NCBI GenBank assembly: GCA_963575745.1
Contig: CAUYUJ010000325.1
Location: 62,001-126,000, forward strand
DNA from: Prorocentrum cordatum
Lineage: Eukaryota
DNA length: 64,000 nt
Reading direction: 5' to 3'
Shown here: one piece after another, positions 12,078-22,375 of the stretch
How the letters are laid out: every line of letters starts with the position of its first letter
Numbering within the stretch: the stretch's first letter is position 1
Notes under the pieces: model-generated
Seen by the model: the letters and a program-made list of their open reading frames with translations, nothing else
Databases searched by the model: none
Told to the model about the DNA's origin: nothing
Position numbers and translations under genes: made by a program

Positions 12078-14401
12078 ACCGAGTCGGCCCGCAGGCAGCG
12101 ACAAGGTCACCGAGCTCAAGCAACTGTTGATTGTGGCGACGCTGCCTGAGAGCTCAAGTCGGTTCTCTGACGGCGGCGGCATGAATGGCTATTTCCCCAA
12201 GAGCAAGGCCGAGCAGCCCGAGCAGCTCGAGGGGGAGGCGGCCATCGCTCTCGATGATCTGGGCGAGGAGCCCGCCGAGCAGGATGCCGATGAGAAAGAT
12301 GCATCTGATGAGTCTGGCATGTGCACCGAGGAGGAGGACGCGCACAGCGAGGAGGAGGGTGCGTGCAGCGAGGAGGTGAACGGCGAGCTCCCTGCTGGCG
12401 ACGTCGACGCGGGCAGTCTTGTCGACGTCGACGCGGGCAGCCTTGGCGACGTCGACGCGGGCAGCCTTGTCGACGACGGCGCGGCCATCGTGCTGCCCGA
12501 CGACGGCGAGGACATCCACGGGGAGAGCATCGGCACTCTTTGGGACGAGGAGCTGGTGATCCCTGGCGAAGATGGCATGGCCGAGGCTGGTGGCTTGCTC
12601 ATGGAGGGTTCCATCGGCGAGAGCTTGTCCAAGATGGAGGCTGACGGCGCGCGGCAGTTGTCGAAGAAGGACTCGGCCGAAGCCGACCCCATGGAACAGC
12701 TGGCGATCTTGGAGAACGAGGCCGAGAGCCAGCAGCACGACATCGCCGATGGCAACATCGCGGAGGAGCTGGAGATCAATGCCAAGCCCATCGTGCACGC
12801 TGATGTGGCGGTCGTCGGCAAGAAGAAGAAGAAGAAGCCAAAGAAAGCGGGCCCCAGGAAGAAATCCAAACCGATGAAGACGAAGAAGAAGAAGAAGAAC
12901 ATCCCCAAGTGCGACGCACATGTCATGGATCGGGACGACTCGGACGTCAAGAACACGGACACCCCGCAGAGGAACGAGAAGAAGGCTGCGCTTCGCAAGA
13001 ATGCCGACGACGCCGAGGAGACCCCCGACAAGATGAGCGAGACTGGCCCCACGCAGCCAATCAAGAATGAAAAAGAAGAAGCAGACTGAGGAGATGGAGT
13101 TCATCATCCCTGAGATGCCAGACGGGCCAGACGACGTCGCAGCTGCAAGCGCATACATGGACTGGAACCTCAAGGAGATGGGCATCCCAACCAAGGCATG
13201 GCCCAACCTATCTACTGGCAAGGGCGCCAACTCGTACACCGCGACGGTCGACGGCTTAAGGGTCTCGGTGATCTTGAACAAGATGGCGTACTTCACGGTC
13301 TGCAACAAGCTGACCTACGGCTGGAGCACCTACGGTGGACCCGAGGATACCTCGGGCCAAGTATCGTTTGAACCAGCATTGGCAGATGGGAGGAGGAGGA
13401 GGAGGAGGAGGAGGAGGAAGAGGAGGAGGAGGAGCAGCAGGAAGAGGAGGAGCAAGGATGAAGGAATGTTGGAGAGGATTGCGAGAAAGAGGACGACGAG
13501 GACGAGAAGCAGGATGGGGGAGGAGGAAAAGGAGAAGGAGGAGGCGAGGAAATAAAGAGGTCATTGGATCCCAGGGGGCGAAAAGAGGGAGGCGGAGGAA
13601 GAAAAAGGAGAAGAGGGAGGCGAGGGGGGAGAGGGAGGACGAGGAGGTCTCATCATCCACACATTCCCCTTCACCGCCTCCCCCGTCTGATGTGGCCCCC
13701 GTCTGATGTGGGCCGTCTGATGTGGCCCTGAAGTGTTGGGCTTCTGCGAGCTCCTCCTCCTCCTCCTCTTCCTCCCCCTCCTCCTCCTCCTCCTCCCCTT
13801 TCCTTCCTCCTCCTCCTCCTCCTCCCTCCTCCTCCTCCTCGTCGTCCTCCTCCTCCTCCTCCTCATCCTCCCCCTCCTCCCCGCCCCTCTGTCCCTCCTC
13901 GCCGTACCTCCTTCCTCCCCTCTCCCATTCTCTCCCCGCGCGTCTTTCAGTGCCTCGTCCTTCCACCTCATCCTTCTCCTACTCGTCTTCTTCATCCCCA
14001 TTTCCCTCCCCCCATCTCCCTCCTCCTCCTCCTCCTCCTCCTCCTCCTCTTTCCCTTCCACTTCCTCCCGTTTCCAAACGCTCCTCAACATCATGTTCCC
14101 CCTCTTCCTCCTTCTCCTCCTCCTCCTCCTCCTCCTCATCCCCCTTCCTCTCGTCGTCCTGATCCTCCTTCATTTCCCGTTTGCAACTCTCTCCGAGGCG
14201 GCGCTCGAGACGGCCACCGACGGCTGCAAGGGCGGGAACTCGCCTATAGGCACCTATAGGCTTGCGCACGAGACACTCGTGCTGGGGATCGAGCTCGAGA
14301 GCTCGCTTCAGACAAAAAAAAAAAACACACGCACGGAACCGACATTTGCAAGACTTCCCCGACAAAATCAACAGGTTACGGGCGCACAAATCAACAGGTA
14401 A
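9691..14401 (+). CDS. Transposon gene A, spliced: join(9691-10147, 12095-13345, 14198-14401), one frameshift near 13066. N-terminal helical domain, long acidic and Lys-rich linker, small C-terminal domain possibly AP2-like
   Basis: GC-AG intron 10148-12094 joins SKSKG|SDKVTELKQLL in frame. GA-AG intron 13346-14197 (CCGAG|G at both ends) joins WSTYGGPE|AALETA. The AP2-like call is inference from the NSYTATVDGLRVSVILNKMAYF..YGWSTYGGPEAALETA pattern. Confidence 0.65.
10732..11955 (-). mobile_element. Non-autonomous Helitron-like insert made of CCTCTTGGG-rich repeats, inside intron 1 of gene A
   Basis: Minus strand ends GCGCGCGC-GAA-GCGCGCGC hairpin, then GTGGTT, CTAG|T. Flanked on both sides by (TA)n then (GA)n. 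Internal 386-bp tandem duplication. 5' end not resolved. Confidence 0.6.
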
Positions 14402-14726
14402 CAGGCACCCAATCAACAGGTAAAAGGCAGGTAATCAACAGGTAAAAGGCGGTAACAACCAGTAAACGGCAGCCTCCAGAACGGCCGCGCCCGAAAGATG
14501 AGGGGATTAATGGAGGGAAGAAGAAGGAGGAGGAGGAGGAGGAGGGGGCTAAGGAGGAGGAGGAGAAGGAAGAGGAGGAGCGACCTGCAGGCAATTGAAG
14601 GAGGAAGAGTATGGCAGAGAGGAAATATAGGAGAAAGAGAGGAGGAATTGGAGGGAGGGAGGAGGAAGGGCAAGGAAAAGATGAGGAAGACAGGAGGACG
14701 AGAGGAGTTAAAGGAGGGAGGGGGAG

Positions 14727-15720
14727 AGAGAGAGAGACACTCCCGCGGACGCGGGTCGCCGCCTCGGCGGCCGCCGCGCCGAGCGCCCGCGGGTCGCAGG
14801 CACTCAGCACCATCTCGTCGCCCAGCGCCACGCGGAGGACGAACGCGTGAGGCAATCTGAGGGTGCCCCCAACTCCTGGACCAGTCCACGTGGATGACCC
14901 AGTGCGCGCGGTATGGATGCATCTGCACGCTAGCTCGCGCCACGGCGTCGCACCGCGGCACCAGCGGCCCTGCCGCTGCCCTGCCGCCCTGCGGCCCGCC
15001 CCGCTGCCGCCCTGCCGCCATGCCCCCCCTTGCCCTTGCCCTTGAGCGCGAGCTCGCGGAAGCGGTCGAGCAGGAGCTGGAACTCCTCGGGGTCGTTCGG
15101 GATGTCGTCCCGCGCCAGGGTCAGGCCGAAGCTCGGGCCCAGGGCCGCGAGCTCATCGCGGAGCGCCTCGGCTCTCTCCATGGTGTAGTCCTCGTACTCG
15201 TCGCTCTTGCCCAAGTCCTTGTCCTTGTCCTTGCCCTTGCTCCGACCTGTGCTGTTCGGCGGGCGGCCCCGCTGCACGGGCAGCTCGTCCGCCCAGGCGT
15301 CGTCCAGCATCATGGGCTCGGCCGACGCTGCTGCCCCCTCCGCCGCGTCGTCCACCATCAAACCCTCCTCGACCGTCTCCGTCTTGCTCCCATCGCCCGC
15401 CCTCGCACCACGCCCACGCGGGCGGCGCCGCCGCCGAGGGGCAGCGGGGGGCGCATCCCCCGCCGGCTGTGGCGGGGCGGGCGCACGGGGCGTCGCCAGC
15501 GCGGCGACCGCCGTCCGGAGAAGGCCCTCGGCGGCGCGGATGAGGCGCACCGCCTCCCGCTGGCCGCCCGCCAGCCCAGCAGCCGCGTGCGTCGCCAGGA
15601 CCGCGCCGCGCGCGGCCTCCAGCATCGCCCTCGCGGCGCGGGCGTCCTGCGCACCCTGCATCGGCCGGGCGGCGGGCCGACGGCCCCGCGGCGGCTGACC
15701 TGAGCAAAGATGGCACTGGA
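14727..15720 (-). mobile_element. SL-capped retroposed insert nested in the transposon
   Basis: 5' end TCCAGTGCCATCTTTGCTCAGG (16/22 to DinoSL) at 15699-15720. (TC)n 3' tail. GGGAGGGGGAG duplicated at 14716-14726 and 15721-15731, in a purine-rich context. Confidence 0.65.
14930..15661 (-). CDS. Intronless 243-aa Ala/Arg/Gly-rich hypothetical protein of the SL-capped insert
   Basis: ATG about 38 nt after the SL relic; open frame MQGAQDARAARAMLEAARGAVL..AVRLIRAAEGLLRTAVAAL..LDDAWADE. Confidence 0.6.
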   Translation of the reverse strand: MQGAQDARAARAMLEAARGAVLATHAAAGLAGGQREAVRLIRAAEGLLRTAVAALATPRAPAPPQPAGDAPPAAPRRRRRPRGRGARAGDGSKTETVEEGLMVDDAAEGAAASAEPMMLDDAWADELPVQRGRPPNSTGRSKGKDKDKDLGKSDEYEDYTMERAEALRDELAALGPSFGLTLARDDIPNDPEEFQLLLDRFRELALKGKGKGGHGGRAAAGRAAGRQGSGRAAGAAVRRRGAS

Positions 15721-16230
15721 GGGAGGGGGAGGGAGGGAGAAGGACGAGAGGAGGAAGAGAAGACGTAAAAGGTCCCCTATAGACATGCCTAAAGGTCACC
15801 TAAAAAGGTCCCTGTGTGAAGTTCCCATATGGTCGCCCCGTCCCTCCGTCAAGATTCTGCAGGATTGCGTAAGATGCGCATTTTCTTCAGGGCGTTCCAC
15901 GATTTCCAGGCGAATTGAGAAACAATTCCCGGATGTTTTGTTTTGTTGTTTTTTGTGTGTGTATTTTTTCGTTTTTTCAAGATTTTCACACATTGTCGCA
16001 AATGTCGGCCCACACATCAACAGGGAATAGGCCGGTAATCAACCGGTAAGTGGCGGTAACCACCGGTAATTGGCAGATCAGTGCTCCCGCTAACCTTTTG
16101 CGTGGTCCGTCGCCTGATTTTGGCTCACGTTCGTGGCAGCTCGCGCCCGCCAGGCTAGCAGATGCGCCATCCTCGCTGTCCCACGGCATGCCGCACCTGA
16201 AGAAGAAGAAAAAAACGTGAGCTCAAGAAC

Positions 16231-17221
16231 ATGTCGAGTCCTGAAGTTCCTCATGGGGAGCTCGAGGTTGCGAAGCAGCCAGCAGCCTCGTCCACAGACC
16301 TCAACGCCTGGAAGCGCTTCATCAGGCTGACGAAGAACCGCAAGCGCTTCCCCCTCGAGCTTCGGGACGACCTCGAGAATGACAGGAACGCGCTCTTCAA
16401 CAAGTACCTCGAGATCGGCGAAGACATCAACTTGGTCCTTACGCTGAAGAAAAGGGCCAGCCGTCTGCAGGAGACGACTACAGGGTGGACGTACGCAAAG
16501 GAGCGCGACCTCGTCGGGCCGCCGTGGAACCTACCAGTCAAGAAAAATTAAGGAGCTGATCAAGAAGAGCAAGTGGGTCTACGACCCCGATTTCCCGAAC
16601 GACGACGAGGAGAAGATGTACTGGGTGAGGGAGAGGGTCAGCATGTCGGACAAGAGGAAGATCGAGGCGGAGATCGAGCTGTCGGGCTCGAAGAAGCTCA
16701 AGGCTGACGAGGCGCAGAGTCTCCTGGACGATGGCGCGATCTTCGGTGCTGACACCAGCGTTTCCACCGCTCTCATGGCCGACGACGACATGGACGCAGT
16801 CCTGAAGGAGACCGTCCAAGCGAAGAAGCGCAAGAAGAAGACCACCTCACCCCAGGGCCTGCCAGGTGCAGCTGTTGAGACCACGACGAAGGAGCTGGGT
16901 GCCGCCACCATGGCGACTGTCATGAAGGAGAAGACCGAGGTCCGCCAGTTCCAGTTGAAGATCAAGGGGTCCACAGCTCCCTACGCAAAATATATGTGCA
17001 AAACGTTGGTGCAGTTCAATGAGAAGCAGGATGGGCTCTATGCCATCTTCACGGGAGCTACCAAGGGCGAGGGTAAGGACGCAGACATCACACGGGCCAT
17101 CAACGTCAGCAAGGCGAGGACAGCTTGGTTCGACCAGAACGTTCGGAAGCTCGCCCGCTCGTTGGCGTCGTCCCAGGTGCCTGGCGGCAAGAAGAGCAAG
17201 CCGATCAAGGACTCGGCTTGA
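16231..17221 (+). CDS. Transposon gene B, hypothetical protein of about 330 aa, with one frameshift in an A-run near 16545
   Basis: Strongly coding-like composition. ORF 16231-16551 continues as KIKELIKKSKWVYDPDFPNDDEEKMYWV into ORF 16616-17221 if one A is removed. Confidence 0.7.
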
Positions 17222-17590
17222 GTTTCGGGGGGCGGCAGGCCATGCAGCAACGAGCTGGCATGGAAGCAAGCCGCGCATGCACAGCATGATGGGGGCCTTG
17301 AAAACACACACAGAACAAAGCAACAGTTCAAACATGAACGCCCACAAACAAATGCGCCCAGAAACCGAAAACAATGCCACCATTAACGAACGCGAAACCG
17401 AACACTAAAAGCAAACACGAACCACGTCATCCATAAAACAAAGCATCAGAAGTCAACGCATAACATTCGAGCCCACAAGAGTCCAGTAACAAAACAACAG
17501 TAGCCCGTGCACTTAGGCCCCATACAACAACAACGACAACAGACGCCCAACAATAACATTCAATCACCCGTAGCCCACTTAGGCCCAAAC

Positions 17591-19618
17591 ATGCTTCAGA
17601 AGGAACACCGAGCGCCGTCAGGTGCTCTCAAACGTGGCGTCAGTCTTCGATCTCTCGTCCAGGGGGGGCATGCAGACAGTCAGGCGTCAGCTAAACGTGC
17701 CAAGGCGAACTCGGACAATCTAGTTGCCCAGAACGCCGTGAACTTACTATCCCACGGAGTTCGCCTGAGCGACATCAAACGAGTTTGCAAAACGCATGTT
17801 GGTACCTCTGGCGCTTATTCTGATCAACTTGCTTCGAAGTGCGCAGGCATCGGCGGTGCCAGTTCAAAGAACATCGAGCGATATTCCCACCTGTTCATGC
17901 ACAAAGTTTTCCCTGACGTTCACATCGAGCCGTATGTTATCAAGTTGCCACTTCTGACGGCTCACAGCTCAACGAAATGGTCATGGCAGTGGTACCCCAC
18001 CTTCATGCTCCATGAGATGCTGGAGTTCATCAGCGCTGGAGGCACCATCCAAGAACATGCCAGTCTTATAGGTACTGGCGGAGCCGAGTCTGTGCGCTCC
18101 TTCTGGTGCCACGCTAACCAATGCGAAGGCCTCGTCGATCTCTGCATGCATACCGATGGGCATCCGATTCCTCTCATCAACCATTACGACGGGGTTGTCA
18201 TGTTTCGAAACACGGAGATTGACGTTGTATCGTTTTCATCGGTCATGGTGCACGACAAAGGAATTTCGATATTCGACAAGAAGTTCCCGCTGTGCATTCT
18301 GAAGCACAAGGCCGTGCCCGACATCCTTGCGAAGTCCATGGCGTTCGAGCAGGAAGTGTTGCTATCAAGTAAGCATCCATGCGAGGGCTTTTACGGTGAG
18401 GCCCTCAAGCGAGCGCACACTGCCAAGCCGCTGGGCGTTCGCGCTTGTCTGCTGGGGTGGCACGGCGACTTCAAGGCGAGAAAAGAGTGTCATTGCATGC
18501 CGTGGTACTACCGCACAAAAAGCATTTGTGACCTCTGCGAAGCCCAGCATACGTCAGCCAAAGCTGACCCCACGATGACCGTCAGAGATGTTCGGTCGAC
18601 GGCGAAATGGCGAGATACCGTTTACACGCTGGGACAGCTCAACAGTATGGTGCCGTCACCGTGGTTTAAGATCAGAGGCTTCAGCCATGCGCGAATTTTC
18701 ATGGACGAGATGCATCTTCTCTGGCTGGGGATCTGCCAGATCATCGTTGCAAACGTGACCATTCATTGGCTCGATGGGGGTCAGCTTCGCGAATGGGCCA
18801 AGGCTCGGGCGTGAGAGCGTCCAAGACTGGGGGGGGGGGAGGGACGGATGGGGGACGGCAATATGAGGCGGGCCAGCGAGGGAAGGCGGTGGGACCAGCG
18901 AGCGGAAGGTTGAGGAGGGGTGGGAGGACCAAGGAGGAGAGCGGGAAGATTTGTTTCGGCCCCAAAGGCTCGTGGCAATGATGATCCGTTGGGTGAGCGA
19001 TGGCTTGACTTCAGGGCGTTCGCTGATGCACGCGGCCTGCAACTTAGTTCGTTTTGTTTTTTTTTCACGCTCCGCCATTCGGGCAGAGGCGACGGCAAGA
19101 GGAACCACCCCGAAGTGACCTCGATGGTTTCAGCCGAGAGCGTGAAAGCTTGCGTGATCTACTTAGCTCATGTTGCACACCAAATTGAAACAACCTCGTT
19201 CGAGTGTAAAGTAATTCGGTTGGTGTTGCGGAGCTTGTACAGCATGCTTAGGCCGATGGATTCGTCCCCCGTGTGGCTCCCCAGTGACACCCGCAGGGCG
19301 CTTCAGCGTTTTGTTCGCACAGTGCTTCTAGGCTGCCAACACATGTCGTATTGGGCTCTGTCGAATGATGCCGTGGCTTGGGATCTAAGGCCGAAGCACC
19401 ACTACCTAGATCACGCTGCCACCAACCTAGACGTGTCACCTCTGAACTGGAATGTAACTGCATGCTGGGATTCCGAGAAGTGGCTGGGCAAACTGAAAAT
19501 GTTTGGCAACGCAACGCACTCTGCAAAGGCCGTGGGCCTAAGGGGCTTACAGAGATACGTTGCATTCCTGAAAGTGCGGTTTAAGAATAGGGGTACGTTC
19601 AACAAACCAGATATCTAA
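17591..19618 (+). CDS. CMC-superfamily-like DDE transposase, join(17591-18802, 18968-19618)
   Basis: Motifs in the expected order: PLINHYDG (D), WHGDFKAR (D), CDLC, MDEMHLLWLG, RPKHHYLDH, CWDSEKWLGKLK (E). A 165-bp GC-AG intron with AAG|GCTCG at both ends removes the stop at 18812-18814 and keeps the frame. Confidence 0.8.
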
Positions 19619-20601
19619 CTGCAATCGCTGCAGCTCTGTTGCATCAGAAAATAAAAGCGAGGGGGAAGCGACGAGCGAGGGGGGAGAGGAAGGGGAGGCG
19701 TGGGAGGGGAGGGAGGGCAGAGGAGGGAGGGGAGGGAAGGGCCGAGGAGAGAGAAGGGGAGAGGGCAGAGGGGAGGAGGAACGGGGGAGAGTGCACGGAA
19801 AGAGCGAGGGCAAGCAAGCGCAGCAAGAGGGAACGAGCCCCCCGCCGCCCCCCCCGCCGCCGCCCCGCTTACGTCGGGATCACCTTCACTGCGAAGGCTG
19901 CGGGCTGCCCGACTTCTCTGCTGTCCTCCCCCCCCCCCCCCCCCTCTCCCACCTCTCCTCCCTCCTCCTCCTCCACCTCCTCCTCCTCCTCCTGCTCCTC
20001 CTCCTCTTCCTCCTCCTTCTCCTCCTGTTCCTCCTCCTGCTCATGCCTCCTCCTCCTGTTTCTCCTCCTCCCTCCTCCTCCTCCTCCTCCTCCTTCCTCC
20101 TCCCTCCTCCTCCTCCTCCTCCTCCCCTCCTCCCTCTCGTCTTTTTCCTTCTCCTCGTTTTGCTCCCTCCTCCTCCTCCTCTTTCTCCTCCTCCTCCTCC
20201 TCCTCCTCCTCCTCCTCCATGTGTTTCCGCGCCTCGTTCCTCTGCCTCCTCCTCCTCCTTCCTTTCGCTTCCTCCCGTTCGAAATAAAGAAGGAAGTTCA
20301 GAATGTCAGTTTCTTTCAAACGTTCCTCCTCCCCCCTTTCCTCCTCCTCCTTTTTCTCCTTTTCCTCCTCCTCCTCCTCCTCCTCCTCCTCCTCCCTCCT
20401 CTCGCCCTCCTCCTCCTTCCCTTCCTCCTCCTCCTCTGCCTTGCCTTACAACTAAATTAGTAGATATCTATTTGTATATATAATAGTATTACCATTTTCT
20501 TGTTATTCGTCTGCTTCTTGTGTTTTTTTTGCCGCGGCCCAGCCCGAAAGGGCAGGAGGGCGCTCGCGCGCGACGGATCGCACGATTTTTGGCAACATAT
20601 G

Positions 20602-20671
20602 GTAAGCCAAAAATGCGTTGATTTATAATCGACGAATCAACGCGGCCCAGACGCATCGATGAGGATCTCAG
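20602..20671 (-). repeat. Right terminal inverted repeat
   Basis: ...AATCAACGCGGCCCAGACGCATCGATGAGGATCTCAG. Confidence 0.85.
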
Positions 20672-21030
20672 TTGGCACCGCCGTTGCTGGTGGCGCCCGC
20701 GCTGGCGTAGGCCCCGACGTCGGGGCCGTCGTCGGCGCTGGCGTCGGAGCAGGAGCAGGCTCTTGCGCTCGCGCAGTCTCCCGCGCTGGCGTGCGTGCTG
20801 GCGTAGGCGCCAGTGTTGGCGATGCCGTCGGTGCAAGCGTAGGCGCACGCGTTAGTGCCGGCGCCAGTGCCATGGCTGGCGCAGGCGTAAGTGCCAGGTT
20901 TGGTGCTGGCATCGACGCGAGCGTCGGCGCTGGCGGAAGCGCTGGCGGTGCCGTGGTCGGCATTGTCGTGGGAACTGCGCTCGACTCGTTCTGGGCTGCC
21001 GCGGGCACTGACAGTGGCGTCGCCGTCGAC
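20672..21030 (+). repeat. (GGCGYY)n repeat, right part
   Basis: Same hexamer repeat and orientation as 7612-9025. Confidence 0.85.
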
Positions 21031-21771
21031 GCCCTCAGGACTTGCCGAAAATGGTGGCATCTGCTAGGCGTCAGGAGTCGCACCTCGCGACATCGCCAAT
21101 CCAGCCGGCTGCCTCCGCGGTTGCCGGCATCGGCATTGGAAGCGAACCTGGGAGCGGGGCGGGCGCGGGAGTTGGAGTCGGACCTGGCGTCGGAAACGGA
21201 GTTCAAGCACGTGCTGAAGTCGTGCCCGGACACCTTGAATGCTGGATGGTTAAAACGCGCGCTGGGCGGGGGGGGCAGGGTTTGCCCGCCCTGTCCGTCT
21301 CAAAACACGACGCGCTAGGAAGTGGCAGAACATTTGGAAGCTTAGATTTCAGCAGAAACCTACGCATCTATTCTGGGGATGCCAGCCCATCCTCGGCAGC
21401 TCGTGGGATTCGTCGTGCTGCTGATGGCATCCGTCGTGCTGCTGCTGCTGCTTCGCGCTGTTCCTGGCGCCCGTCGTGCTACTCGTGGCGCCCGTCGCGC
21501 TGCTCCTCGTGCCGGCCGCGGTGCCCATGATATCCGTCGCGCTTGTGGCATTGCTCGCGCAGCTCGTGATATCTGTCGCGCTGATAGAAATATCCACCCT
21601 GCTGCTCACGGTAGCCGTCGTGATGCGCCTGGCACTCGCAACGTAGCTCATGGCGTGCGTCTCCGTCGCCAGGGGCGCTGCGGCGCTGCGCCCGAAGCTC
21701 ATGTCGGAGCTGTGGGCTTGTCGTTCAGCGTGTCGTCATGCTCCACTGTCGCGCTGCGCCGCGCGCAGAGC

Positions 21772-22375
21772 AAGTGGCACGTGCGCCATGGCTCTTGCGC
21801 AAAAAGGAAGGGGGAGGAGGGGGGGGGGGGGGGCGGAATGGGGGGGGGGGAAGGGGGCAAGACATCGCCCCTCGGGGCCAACAGCGTGGCCCGGATCCCA
21901 GATGGGGGGGGGGGAGGTGGCGCGCGTCGCGACGCGGAATAAAGTGCTCGGAGCGGAGGGGGCACGGGGCGGAGGTCCCACTGGGGCGCTGGGGGCGCGG
22001 AGAGGAGGGGGGGAGGCGGTGTTCGTCGCGACGCGGAATAAAGTGGTCGGGGCGGAAAGGCACGGGGCGGGGGTCCCACTGGGGCGCTGGGGCGCAGGGG
22101 CGCGGGGGGAAGGGGGGGGGGGTGTGCGTCGCGACGCGGAATAAAATAGCCGGAGGGCCACGGGCGCCCACCGGGGCGCTGGGGGCGGGGTGGGGAGGCG
22201 GCGCGCGTCGCGACGCGGAATAGAATGCTCGGGGCGGAGGTGGCACGGGGCGGAGATCCCACTGGGGCGCTGGGGACGCGGGGCGGCTCGGGGCAGAGGG
22301 TCACGGGGCGGGGGTTCCACTGGGGCGGCGGGGGCGCGGCGGGGAGGGGGAGGCGGCGCGCGTCGCGACGCGGAA
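21772..22375 (+). repeat. Leader plus G-rich tandem array (about 5 units) related to 1481-3422
   Basis: AAGTGGCACGTG(C/T)GCCATGGCTCTTGC(G/A)CAAAAAGGAAGGGG is shared with 1481-1522. Units contain the palindrome CGCGTCGCGACGCG plus GAATAAAGTG. Confidence 0.85.

Larger units (their letters stand above)
9026..20671 (+). mobile_element. 11.6-kb multi-gene DNA transposon, CMC (CACTA/Mirage/Chapaev)-like
   Basis: Imperfect ~70-bp TIRs whose first 11 nt are identical (CTGAGATCCTC). TT duplicated at 9024-9025 and 20672-20673. Removal restores GTC GGC GTT GGC ACC of the host repeat. Contains a DDE transposase gene. Confidence 0.85.
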
